A stretch of DNA of 64,000 nt from Leidyana gryllorum EB-2025a (Eukaryota; Protista; Apicomplexa): assembly GCA_048772705.1 (NCBI GenBank), contig JBLWGC010000002.1, forward strand, positions 124,001 to 188,000, written 5' to 3'. The translations under genes were made by a program, and so were the position numbers. Under the pieces are notes generated by a model, which was not told the DNA's origin, did no database searches, and was given only the letters and a program-made list of their open reading frames with translations. Shown in pieces: positions 1 through 11,455 of the stretch (the first letter of the stretch is position 1; each line of letters starts with the position of its first letter).

Positions 1-174
1 TGGCAAGAGTTGGCGTTGGTACCAACGGTTCCCGGTTTGCTACATTTGGCAGTCGCTTTATACGAAGAGTCAAGCCGCCAGTTCCACTGGCATTACAAAC
101 CTGTCAGTTTGCTGGTGCGATAATATAGATGCACGCGCGCACACACACACGTTCTGATGGAAGAATTTCTCCAT
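1..174 (-). CDS. 5' end of a gene running off the window (hypothetical protein)
   Basis: ATG at 174 (MEKFFHQN), a GTGTGT...ACAG intron (~101-150), then an open frame VCNASGTGGLTLRIKRLPNV to the window edge. Confidence 0.35.
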
Positions 175-255
175 CTTTATTGTTTTCTAACCCGAAACTC
201 TAACACACCACCCGATCGATCTCTCCTCCCAGTCAGTCAGTCAGTCAGTCATCAC

Positions 256-3200
256 TTAGAACCCTGATCTGGCGCTGCTCCGTGGCGACCGCCGGCTCCT
301 CTTGCCCTTGCTCTTGAGGTCTTCTTCCAGCAGCGACCGCGTCCGTGCGACTGGAGGCGGTATCCAAGGCGCTGCACCACCGCTGATGTAGTCGGCGTGC
401 CGAGGACAGCCAGGATCTTGGTACAAACCCGAGTTCTGCACACACAAAGACACACACAATGTCAAACGAAAGCACCAACCTCACACTTACCCCGAATACG
501 TCTCCGCCAGCGAGATCGTGAGTGAAGGCTGGGAGGACGTCTTTGCGCGGGAGGACAACTGTTCTGCCGTAAGCGGGCAGATCGTAGCCGACCACACTTT
601 CCACCGGACTCATACGAGAAATCGTGTAGTGCTCGGGAGTAACGTTGTGGATAACAATACGGCCCCACTGACTGGTCCTTCCGAAGGGTACTTTGACTTT
701 GAACTGAGTTAGGCTCCTCTGCAGTTCTGTGAGTGGCAGTAAGGCGTGTCCCAAGGCTCCGACGGGTGCCTCAGAGTTTGGATGGAACTCGAAGATCCTG
801 CGGCTGAGCTCTCGAATCAAATCTTCAGACATCGGCCGCGCGGCTCCCCCAATAGCACTCGGGTCGGCCAATTTCAACAGGTCTCGGACTGATGCATTGC
901 GAGGAACAGTCATTGAGGGCGGCATAGTACTCTCTCCGAGTGGGAAGTATGTGAACCCGTCATCGGGCTCAGTGAACTCTGTATCGTCCTCGTCGTCTTC
1001 GTACTGACTGAATACTCTCATCGACAAACGCGCTTCACCCCGTTTTGGAGACTCGAATCTCTCCATATCACGCTGACGTTGGACCGCTCGTGAAGTGGAC
1101 GGGATCTCTTTGCTCGGCAGAGCCACGTGAACAATGAGGAGCTCGACCGGCTGTGAGACTTCTTGATGAGTGACAGTGGCGTCGGGGAAGATTTCCGGAG
1201 TATCGATGAATCGCACTCTGTCACTCAGAAGAGTCAATTCACCGTCCCGAACGACGGCCACCTTTTGCGTGGAGGCACACTCGGCGTTCTCATAGAACAG
1301 CTGACGCTCAGACTTGCGCACGCCATCTTTGTCCATCATTTGGGCGATCTCACGACACGCAGCAATGAACTGAAGAACAATGCAATGCAATGCAATTAAG
1401 GAACGAATGTTTTGAGAGGGTGGCAGACCGGTGGGTGGCAGACCGGTGGGGGGGCAGACGGCACACTCACCTTATGACGGAAATCGCGCGGTGTGTCCGA
1501 TGGGTGGACGCGGGTCAGACTCAGAGACGGATGGATCTCGCAGGGTCTGTTGAAGGATACAGAGATCTTTTGAGGGATTTGGAGTCTCATCGCGAGATTG
1601 ACGGTGCCGACAACGTCCTTATCGCGCCGAAGGACCACCTGACCTGCCCACTCTGCCCAAGGATCTCGGAAAGTGTCCCAAATATGGATTTGGGCGTGGC
1701 CGAGTACTTCTTCACGCGACTGATCCCACAATTCGATCATAATGATTGGGCTCTCCGGCTCGAGACGCAGCCGCGCTGTCCAATCGCCCCACAGTGGACT
1801 GAACGGATTCTTGGCGTTCTGTGAGATGACAAACCGACCACCCGACCGTACGCGAACATATGGCATCTGACAAAGGAGCGAAGGACCCAATGATGGATGA
1901 GTTTTGGGATCACAAACTCACCAAATCGCGACGTTCGAGTCTGTAGGGTCCGCCCAAATCCTCTGCTGATCGGAAGCCCACTCGGACGTGTTTTGGTGTC
2001 ACCATTGGCTGTGGAGGACAGATAAAGTCGGTACGCATAAACAATTTGCCGCCTTTGGTCGAATCATTCTGATACAAATTGACTATGGCGTTCGACTCGC
2101 CATTCATCAACTCCCACACATTCACATCTGCACTGGAGACGACTCGTCCGCCTTCGTTAGCGTCGTGGAGGAAGAAGCGGAGGAACGGTTGTGCAGCGTA
2201 TGGCAGAATCCAAACTTCGCTCAGCGGGATGTGGTCGAGGGCCAGTCGTGGAGCACAGCGTGCCGCTTCAGAGCTGCCGGTCTGTACCGACAGATACAGC
2301 TTTTTGAGAGCTCCGTTAAAGTGGCGGACAGTTTTATTGAGGGCGACCAGATCCAAGCGGACGAACCGGCAGTCGTCCACGCGTTCGGGTCGGTCACAGA
2401 ATCTCATTTTATACTCCAGTTGACCAATGGGTTGGCCGCCCAACAGGATATCAGCAGTGGCCGTCGTCTTGGGGAGACCGCCGAACCGGGGCAGTCTGAG
2501 CTCAGCAAAAGCAGTTTCGTTCTCGGACAGCATCAGATCGACCCTGCAAGACGAAATTGGGCGACAGAGACTGACTCTTTCCTCACCAGATGGCTGGTTG
2601 GCCGTCATAGGGGACTCCAAAGTCTCGGCCGACGTGGAACCGACAGCTGGTGGAGCTCCGCTCCAATTGCTTACTGTGACGATCTTTGACCTCTTCGAGC
2701 TCACTGATTTCGGCAAACTGCTCCGCGCGTCTCACATACAGTCTTTCGGGCTGCACAGTGTCAATAAGAGTGACCAAACCCACCAAAGATTGCAACTCAC
2801 ACTCGACATCACCCGGTTGAAAGAGAGAGCGGCGACGTGAACCAATACCATATCTGACCACGGCGGCGGGACGCTTTCTAGGAACTGCAGAGAGCACTGC
2901 AGCATTCCCACCACAGTCTCATCGGGTCCGTGGAGCTGAAATGGCCATTCATTATGTGGACCGCACTTGGACGCGCCTACCGGTAACATTCCCTTATCTT
3001 CCGACCGGCCCTGACGGAGGAGAGCCCACAGGTCATAGGCACAGGTGCCTCGGCGTTTGTCTTGTTCGACAAAGTCAATGCTGAAAAGGCGGTCGGTCGG
3101 TCGATTGTTTCACTCACCTCACAGTCTGCTCCCCTCTGTAGGCAAAGTCGAACGTCTGGAAATAGGGCAGAACGGGATCGCCGTAGGCACTGCTCTTCGG

Positions 3201-6200
3201 ATCGGAGATCTGTGTGGAGTCTTCGAGAGTCACAGAGACTTGGCCGTTCTTTGCCACCATTTGGTGGACACTCCCCAGAGCCACCCGGAGATATCGCAAG
3301 TGTTCGATGTGTTTGGGGGGCGCTCCAAAGTCCACCTCGATGTCGAGCACACCGCCGGTGGCCGCAGCATAGCCGTCCAACTGGTTAAGGGGAATGTCAT
3401 CACTGAATCTCACCGCCGCTGGTACGCACCTTCAGAGTGGCCTCGTAGGCTTCCCCTTCAGCCGCCTTCCATTTCTTCTTGGCCTCCTCGAGGTCGAGAG
3501 AACAGCCGCCCAGAAGGATATCGGCGTTCTTTCCGGTAAAGGCGTAGACGTCAAACTTGATGGGACGGCGGGGAGGCCGCTCGAGGGAGCGCTGGAGAGC
3601 GTTGCCCCAGAAAACTTCACCTCGAGTGTCGGGGTTAATTGTTGTTCGTCCCTCCTCCTCGTCAAAGTCCACAACACAGTACGCTTGCAGCTTGGGTGTG
3701 AGGGCCGTCGGAAGCATTCTGGCGCTGTGAATGGTCACTTTGACATTCTTCCAGTCGAGATCCAACGCGTCAGAGTCCCGAGTGGTGCTCACGCGGATAA
3801 TCACCTGGAACACACGCGAAGCAGAAACACAGTCCCCATCGAGCGAAGCAGCACTTACGTCCAGATGCCCCACTTTCTTTCCGTTCCGTCTGACTGGGAG
3901 CCGCAGCTGCTTTTCGCCTCGTCCGGGGTCGTCAGCAAAGTCAAACTCGGCTTCTCCAATGTGATCACTCTTCAACAGCTCTTCATCTAACAAATTGAAA
4001 CTCATTTTGTCCGGAAGGAACCCAAAAGTAAACTTGAAGTTCTCGTTCCAGACCGGATCATTATTTCTCATCGGCACCTTCTTCGAAACCTGGAATTGAC
4101 TGCCGCAAGATATCTTTATGTGCGGTGCCTGCCGGAGCGAACAGAGAGTTACCAACAGTAACTCCACAAACTTTAGGTCACTCACTAATTGAGCGGCTTG
4201 CGGAATGACCCCTTCGAGGTCCAAGTCGGCACTGACGATAGTAACTTTCACTTGCTTGGATTTACGCTCCTTTCTGGGGGTCGATGTCACATCCAATACG
4301 GGCGCCTCCGCCTCTTCCGGCGGGGATAAACTCTCCAACTCCACATCAATCAACTCCACATCAAACTCCAGTTCACCTTCCTGCTTATTCTTCACCCATA
4401 ACGGCAAAACATAACTCTTCGCCAACCTCCGCTCCCGAATCATCGTCGACATATCAAACTCGGCGAAACCGACCAAATCGTCCCGGGTAAATGTGTCTTT
4501 ATCCATCACCGAGAACCTGTGGGCGATGAAAAAAGGCCACAGAGTAAACCAACAGAACAACAACAATCGCACGCTCACTGTATAGTCGTCTTCTCAGACT
4601 TCCACTCAAACTCAAAAGTTTCATTCCATTCCACATTACTTCCACCGCGCTTACGCACGGATGTCTTCTGCTGCTGGTCACCATACTCAATAACGCAATA
4701 CGGGTCCTGCAACATATTATTAATCACGGATAAACAACAATCTGACCACTCACGATCTTCCCAATCAGATCTGTGTCCCGCAGATCTCTTCCCTCTCTCA
4801 CGGTAATGTGGACAACGGGCCGCGCTGGTGCCGCCGCGTGCACAGACTCCTGTTGGAACGTTCTGTGAGTGGGTGGCAGGGCAAAGTCGGCTTGACGACT
4901 AGTGCCAGGCGACATTGGGCTGCTGGCCGTGTTACTGGGACTCCAACTGCCTTTACGAGAATCGTCCTCCAAAACGCCCTGACGCCGCTTACGCCGCACT
5001 ATCGGCGGCTGCTGGTTCGTGAAACTCAGAGGAATCTTGGTGTCGTAGAAGTTACGAGAGAACTTGCAGAAGATTGACGCATCTATCTTCATCGCCGGCT
5101 GAGTATTGAAACGCCGCGTAAAGATAGCCGGACGACGTAATATGTCCGTCAGAATTGGATTGGCCAAAAACGCCAGGATGAATTGGAACTTATCGATCAC
5201 ACATTTGTGCAAACTGAACAGACAGGAGACACCAATATATCAACGATCGAACACACACAAACACGAACGTACTCAAATGCGTAGGACGCCTCTTGGAGGC
5301 TCTTGGAGCCTTCCACGAAGAAAAGATCGTCCCGACGACTTGCGTATGGGCCCAACTGAGCCAGGTGACTGGGCTGATGACGTGCATGATTGGCTAGGTA
5401 GTTACCACCAAACCCTCCAGTCAACTCGCCAGTTCCATTAATGTCAACCACAACCACATTGACGTCCGCCAAGTCTCCAGTGGGGGTCAGCAGAATGGTC
5501 ATACTCTTCTCGGCACCCGGGAAGGGATCCTCTATACCCAACAACTGTAAACTGTAGAAGGTGAAAAAGTTCAATCCGTAGAACCCGGTCTCAGCCGTAG
5601 CTCGTAGAACGTGGTCGATCATCTCCGCAGTTACATCCACAGACTCTACCCTACGTGCCAACTGCTCCAGTTGCGCGACCAGAGAACTGTTCGGGCCGCA
5701 AGCGTCCAAACACGTCCGATCTGTTGCAAAAGTTGATGAGTCAGTCATACCCGTCCCAAGAGTGGCAAACTCACTGTCTTGAAGGTTCTGGAACGTCGAG
5801 TTACCATCCGTCGAGGTGATAACCGCCATCAGAACTCGAGGAACCCGTGAGAAAGGCTAAGGACAAAGGCGAGATATGTTCAGGCGATCTTCTCTCTATT
5901 GGCACTCACATCGAATAGTTGGCAAGCCAACTGAACCATCTCTCCAGTGTTCAAATGGATCCCAGCACGAGGCAAGAGTTGGGCCGTCAGTGCGGCACAC
6001 GCACTCAGACTAATTGCATTCATCCGCGTGCGTGTGTCCTCAACCAAACTTGCTGCGGCGTCGGATGGCAACAAAGGATCGACCGAGCATGCGGCTCTCT
6101 CTATCTTCCGCAGTGTGGCCATCTGCTTCATAGCGTTCGGGCAGCCAACGTCTGCGGCAGCTAGAGGGAAGTAGTACAACAAGTTGCTTCCCAAATAGTC

Positions 6201-9200
6201 GTGCTCGCCTCCTTCCTCCTGAAGTCGTAGTTTCTCAGGCTCGTGGTGCCCGTAGAGGTCGAAGAGGAGAGCTATCTTGTCCAATACCTCGCCGCTCGAA
6301 GCAATAATGAGCGAAGTAATGAATTCACGCATTGCCACTGGGGTGTTAAGCACCTGTTGGAAGTTGTTGCGATCTCGCACCTGGCCAAACACGCAGATCA
6401 ACTCATCCACGCAATGTATGAAGTTCGGGAACGCAAAGAAGAGTATCTCCTCGAGAATATTCTTGGTGAAACCGCTGAAACAACGAGGTCGATCGATCGG
6501 GTTGAATGAGGTCAACTTTGGCGCTTGCAGGCTCCCTTCCCCTCCGAAGAAGTGGTCCCGCCGCAGGTATTCCTTGTCTGTTTCCACGAACAATGGCTGG
6601 AATGTCCCCTGATCGCCCCACAAACCGGCACCTGGACGCAACGATTGAGTGCTGACCAAGCCTCGACCTCCAAGCTCGGGAAGGAACATTTCTGAGGTCG
6701 GCACAAAAACTGCCCAACTCAGGAACACTTCAACTTCGGGAGGATCGAAAAACTCTGCCGGGACCATAGTGCACGGAAGCCCCTGGGTGGTCAGCTTGCG
6801 GATAGGTATCGCCTTATTCATTTTCGCTATCGTCTGACCGTCCTCCGTTTGGATGGCAATCTTTACCGTATAAGGAGGCGGTCGAGTGATATTGTATACA
6901 AATACGGATCCTTCAGACGGTACAAGTGACTTCATCAGCACTTTGTGTTTGGTGACCTGACGATTCCACGTGCGATCGAAGGACACACACAGAGACACGC
7001 GTTGTTCAGGAATCTTATGGAAGGTGATACTATCGAGTTTGATCGCCACCCGTCCCTGAGTGCTGGGAGGGAGTCGTCTGACTTCGGAATCACAATATAA
7101 TGCGTGATGTTTCAAGGTCGGGTAGATGATCTCCTTGAGTTCCTTTGTCGACAGCCCAGCTTGGCGGCAGGCATCTCCAGAGACTTTGCTCATGCGGGGT
7201 ACGCCTGGGGAGTTGTTGTAGCGCAGGACAAAGTTGGTGGGCACTTCGAGTTTGTCTCTGAAGGCAGGCGGCCAGATCACATCAGTGACAAACTTGCTTT
7301 GTTCAAATGTGTGCTGCAGCTGGGCGGCTCTCTCAGCTTTTTCAATCTCATGGACGCGCGCAAGCTTGGCGACCCGCTTAGCACTGGTGAACAGGAGGAA
7401 GTCTCCCCTTTCCACTAGGCGCACGATCTCAGACGGGTCACGAAGACGAGCCCCACAGATCTGGATGGAGTGATGTATCTCCTGGGCAGTGGCTTGGGCC
7501 GGGAGATGGGTGAGTAGACGGAGACAGAAGGAGTACATGAAGGCGAACAGTATTCTGCGTCCCATGGAACCATCAAAGAGTACATCGTGAGCACGTGGGT
7601 TCGCGCGGGGTTGCTGTTCGTCAGTCTCGGTGACGTATTGCTCAACATTCACACAGACCTCGAATAAGCCGCCCTTGGACTCGGCGGTTTGGCTCAGTTT
7701 GACTATCTGACTCTCCAACTCGTCAACAGTAGTTTCAATGTTCACAATATCGGTACTTCCGTAGGCAATGTTGAAGACCATATCCCATAATCGATAGAGG
7801 GACTGGCTAGGAAGCAGGCCCGCGCAGATGCTGTCAAGATGCGGGGCGAAGACCGCATCGAGCGGCACACCGGCACGACGGAAGGTACCATAGACATCAG
7901 GGTGGAGCCATTTCATGGTGGTCTTGAGCAACATAGCGTCGCACTGGGCCCCAGGCAGACTTGAGGGTAGGACGGTTTCCAAGGAGGCGTCTTGAGGGGG
8001 GGCAAAGTACATAGAAAAGGGAGCGTTTCGGACCCCCGGTCTGGGATTCTTTCCGCTTGTTAAGGCGAGTAACAGATAAAAGATTTCCTCCTCCTTCAAA
8101 CGAACTGAATTGAATTCCAGCGACAGATAATATGCAATGACCATTAAGCCTATGAAGAGGTGTTGGAGTCGGCGGTTTTTGATTTGGAAAGACTTACGGC
8201 TCGAATACACAATGGGTTGACCCAAGTTGGCTCCGCAGGCGTCAATAGCTACGCGTTCTTGGATTTGTTGCGTATCAAATTCGCTGGGACGAGGCGGGCT
8301 CGCCACGTAGCACAGAGTTTTGAGAACGACGGCCAACATCTCTCTGTGGCTGACTTCGAGGCCATAAGCGGCACCGAAGATCTCCAAATCTGAGTCGATG
8401 ACCTCGAAGACTGCAGCGGACACATCTCTGACTTTGTCCGAGACAAATGCATAGGCGGATAAATCTGACACATAGGTGCGTGCCACATAGGTATCGAATT
8501 TGCTCTTCAACTCGAGAGCCCCCGACAGATCAGTCCACACCAAAGGCCTCAAGATGGACGGGATGCCGTTCTTCGAGAGTGTCCACATGCGACTGGGGAA
8601 GTGGTCTGTCGAAAGAGGGAGAAGAGTGTGAAGGGTCGCCGCGGTCTGTTCTGAAGCTCTCACCATATCGAGTTCTCAGGTTGGTGAATCGGATGCATCT
8701 CCGCAGATCCAAGTTGTTATTGATATCTACTGGGATCTCTTGGGTTTCAGATGCGAGCGATCCGGGAGCGTCCCAGCTAAAGTAATTAAACCATTCCGGC
8801 TCGGGTCCCAACACATCGTCGTTCCAATCCCAGAGATTCTTCATCAAAGAAGTTGCTTGGCCCGGTTTGAGGAAATACAACGCGTGTTGGAAAGGACTAA
8901 AGTCCAAAACTCGATGCCAATCCTGATGAAACCAATCGATCTTTGCAGAAGGCTATTTCTAATGTGCCTCACCCCGCTGCTCTTGTCGTACATCCAAATG
9001 CAGACTTGAGGAGTACCCGGCATCATGTCGTTATCCTTGACAGATCTCGTCGAAATGTTCCTCGCTTCCCGGATCTTCACAGACAGCCGCCCGCTTCGCG
9101 GATGAATCAGACGCCATCGTGCTTCAGCCCACAACCACCCCTTCACTTGTGTTGGGGCTGTCCGCTTCCGATAGTCCGGTCGCGTGATCCCGCCTTTCTT

Positions 9201-11416
9201 CGACGCGTCCTCCACCAACTGGATCAGCTCCCTGTTGTGATGATCGGCAGCCAAGTTGGCCAAGTCAGGAAGCATATACTCTCCGCAAAACTCCTGCCCG
9301 ACCCAACATTCCAAAAGGAACAACGGGAGTTTGGGGCCGAAATGATAATTCACTGAATGGATCCAATTAGTTCCCAGCAGTGTATTCTCCACAGCAGTTT
9401 CATAAGCCTCCTCGGTCGCGAGCCATTGCTCATCCCCAAGTTCCAAAGCTGCTTCGCCATCAACCCGTCCGGTCAGAAAGGCCTTCCAGCGCAACAATGC
9501 GTGCTCGTCCAACAAATTGGCATACGCCTCATGGAGTCGGATACTGCGATCAAACATTGGCGACCGCCGATGCGACATTTACAACTACCTCACTACAACA
9601 AGGACGCACGCACACTTACTCTTCATAATCCTGAAGCTCGAACTCCACCTTCCCCATTGTGGGAGAAGAGTCGGCTCCAACATTGGGGTTATACAAGGAC
9701 GGCAGGAGCCGGGCACCGGAAATATCATAAGGCCGGCGCACCGAGGTTTGATGGAATCGCTGTGGGGGTGATGGTGTCTCTCAAGCACACGTGTGTGCGA
9801 CACTCACCAGCCAATCCTGCATCGTCTTGAGCTCGGGTTTGAGGGTGAATCGAGACAGGGCATCGGCGGGTACGAAGAGAGAGCGCAGGAGCAACTCTCC
9901 AAAGAAGGGTTGTGAATGCCCGTACTGAACAGAAATAGTATAACCGTTCGGCAAAACCTGATGATCTCCTCCGCCCTTGAGAGAGGCGAGGGTCGGGAGC
10001 AAAACGCCCAGCGGTGTACATCCATCATGGAAATGATGGATAACTCTCCAGATGGAAGTGAAAGATTGCACTCGAGTGACGATCGGACCAACCCCCAATG
10101 GAGCAGTGGCTTCTGCAGTGAGGGTTGAGGGTGATTGTTTGATTGCGGAACGTACTGGCGATTAAAGAAGTGTTGGATTCACTGTGACTCGGTGGGCTAT
10201 CGGCTGCCATAGATTCGCGACCGCCGATCTCGGCACCGGCTGCTCGGGTCGAATTGAAGAAGTCTGTACGCATGACTTTGTAGAGCAGAGGTGGCTGAGG
10301 GGGAAGGGGAAGACAGTATTGTTGCAGCAGCAGCAGCAGCGGTCGAATGGCTTACATTGAGCGCTTTCCAGAAGGACTTGAAAGGATCTCGATGATCCAT
10401 GAGCTCAGCTGTGTTGATAGCACATGTACCAACTAGTGTGTCCGGTCGTTTGCGGGTCCCGTCTGCAACTTTATAGACCTTTGCCACGATGACAGGGATC
10501 TGTTCCACCGTGACAGAAGCTTTCGACGTGGAGACAACAGGGTTTGACGCGGCCTGAATGGTTAAATAGATTGTTCGCACGTGTGTGTGTGTGGTGGTGG
10601 CTAACCATAGGTGGCCATTCAGGGTTATAGACTTTGAAGAGATGATCGAATTCCTTTGGGTCTCCGACCTCCGTGGGGAGGGAGTGGGAGAGGTAAGGGC
10701 CGACATCGTGAATTATCTTGGACACACTACGTGCTTCGAATTCAATGTTTTGGAGTAGCGTTGCGAAGACATTGCTGCGGGTTTGTATGTGCGTCTTTGG
10801 GGCTTTGAATTGGTTTACCGTGTCTCTTCGACGGGTAAAGCGGGAGAGCGTCTGCTGTGTGTGAAGGGCACACACTCCGCGCGCAGAACGGCGAGTTCCC
10901 AGGGCACCTGTATACCTCGTAGAGTCTGTGTACTTATTATTGAATCGCGGGGGAGTCATTTCAGCCTCACCGAGGCAGTGTATTCGACGTCAACCAAAGT
11001 TTCCTGTATGACAGAGGCGACTGCTTTGCGCATCTCGACTTTGAGCAAGTCGGAGGGTTCCGACTCTATAAAGATCTGGAGCGATTGTGGCACATAACCA
11101 TATTCGAATGCCACATAGAAACTGGCGGTCGCATCAATCGGTTGACGGGTAACGAACTGGTCAAAGGCTTCGAGTACACTGCGGGTGGGGTGAAGTGATT
11201 GGAGCGACGGAGTGAGGGTTACCGGTGGGGTTCTTCGCGGATCTGAAACTTGATTCCCTCGGATTCCTCGCGCAGATGGGCTTTGACAATACTCAGATCG
11301 ATCCGTCCCTGATTTTGATGCGGCGTCGTGCTTTCGGTGGGGGTGGAGGTGGGCAAGCGCTGTGCTTTGTACGGACTCGGCCCATCGTACAACACTGTGG
11401 GTGTGGAGTTCTCCAT
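256..11416 (-). CDS. Giant multi-exon protein (~3000+ aa) with several C2 domains, a degenerate TBC/Rab-GAP domain and an EF-hand-like region
   Basis: Successive minus-strand ORFs join in frame through short GT-AG introns where checked (e.g. 8941-8972, 32 nt, giving IDWFHQDW; FD|PFSRVP near 5860-5910; IGKI|DPYCVIEYG near 4710-4755). C2 motifs: VHITVREGRDLRDTDLIGK-DPYCVIEY...VMDKDTFTRDDLVG; PVWNENFKF..LLDEELLKSDHIGEAEF; LSVKIREARNI; IELWDQSREEVLGHAQI. TBC motifs: GIPSILRPLVWTDLSGA, EEEIFYLL, LYRLWDMVF. EF-hand-like MREFITSLIIASSGEVLDKIALLFDLY. Exon boundaries around 2580-2990 and 9580-10960 are not fully resolved, so a split into two genes is not excluded. Confidence 0.7.
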
Positions 11417-11455
11417 ATAAAGCGTCCAATTTGGAAAAAAGGAGAGGAAAAAAGG

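Noticed and set aside
1378-1462. Short repeats (tgcaa)n and gggtggcagaccggt x2-3
   Set aside because: They fall inside an intron of the C2/TBC gene and look like ordinary slippage repeats.
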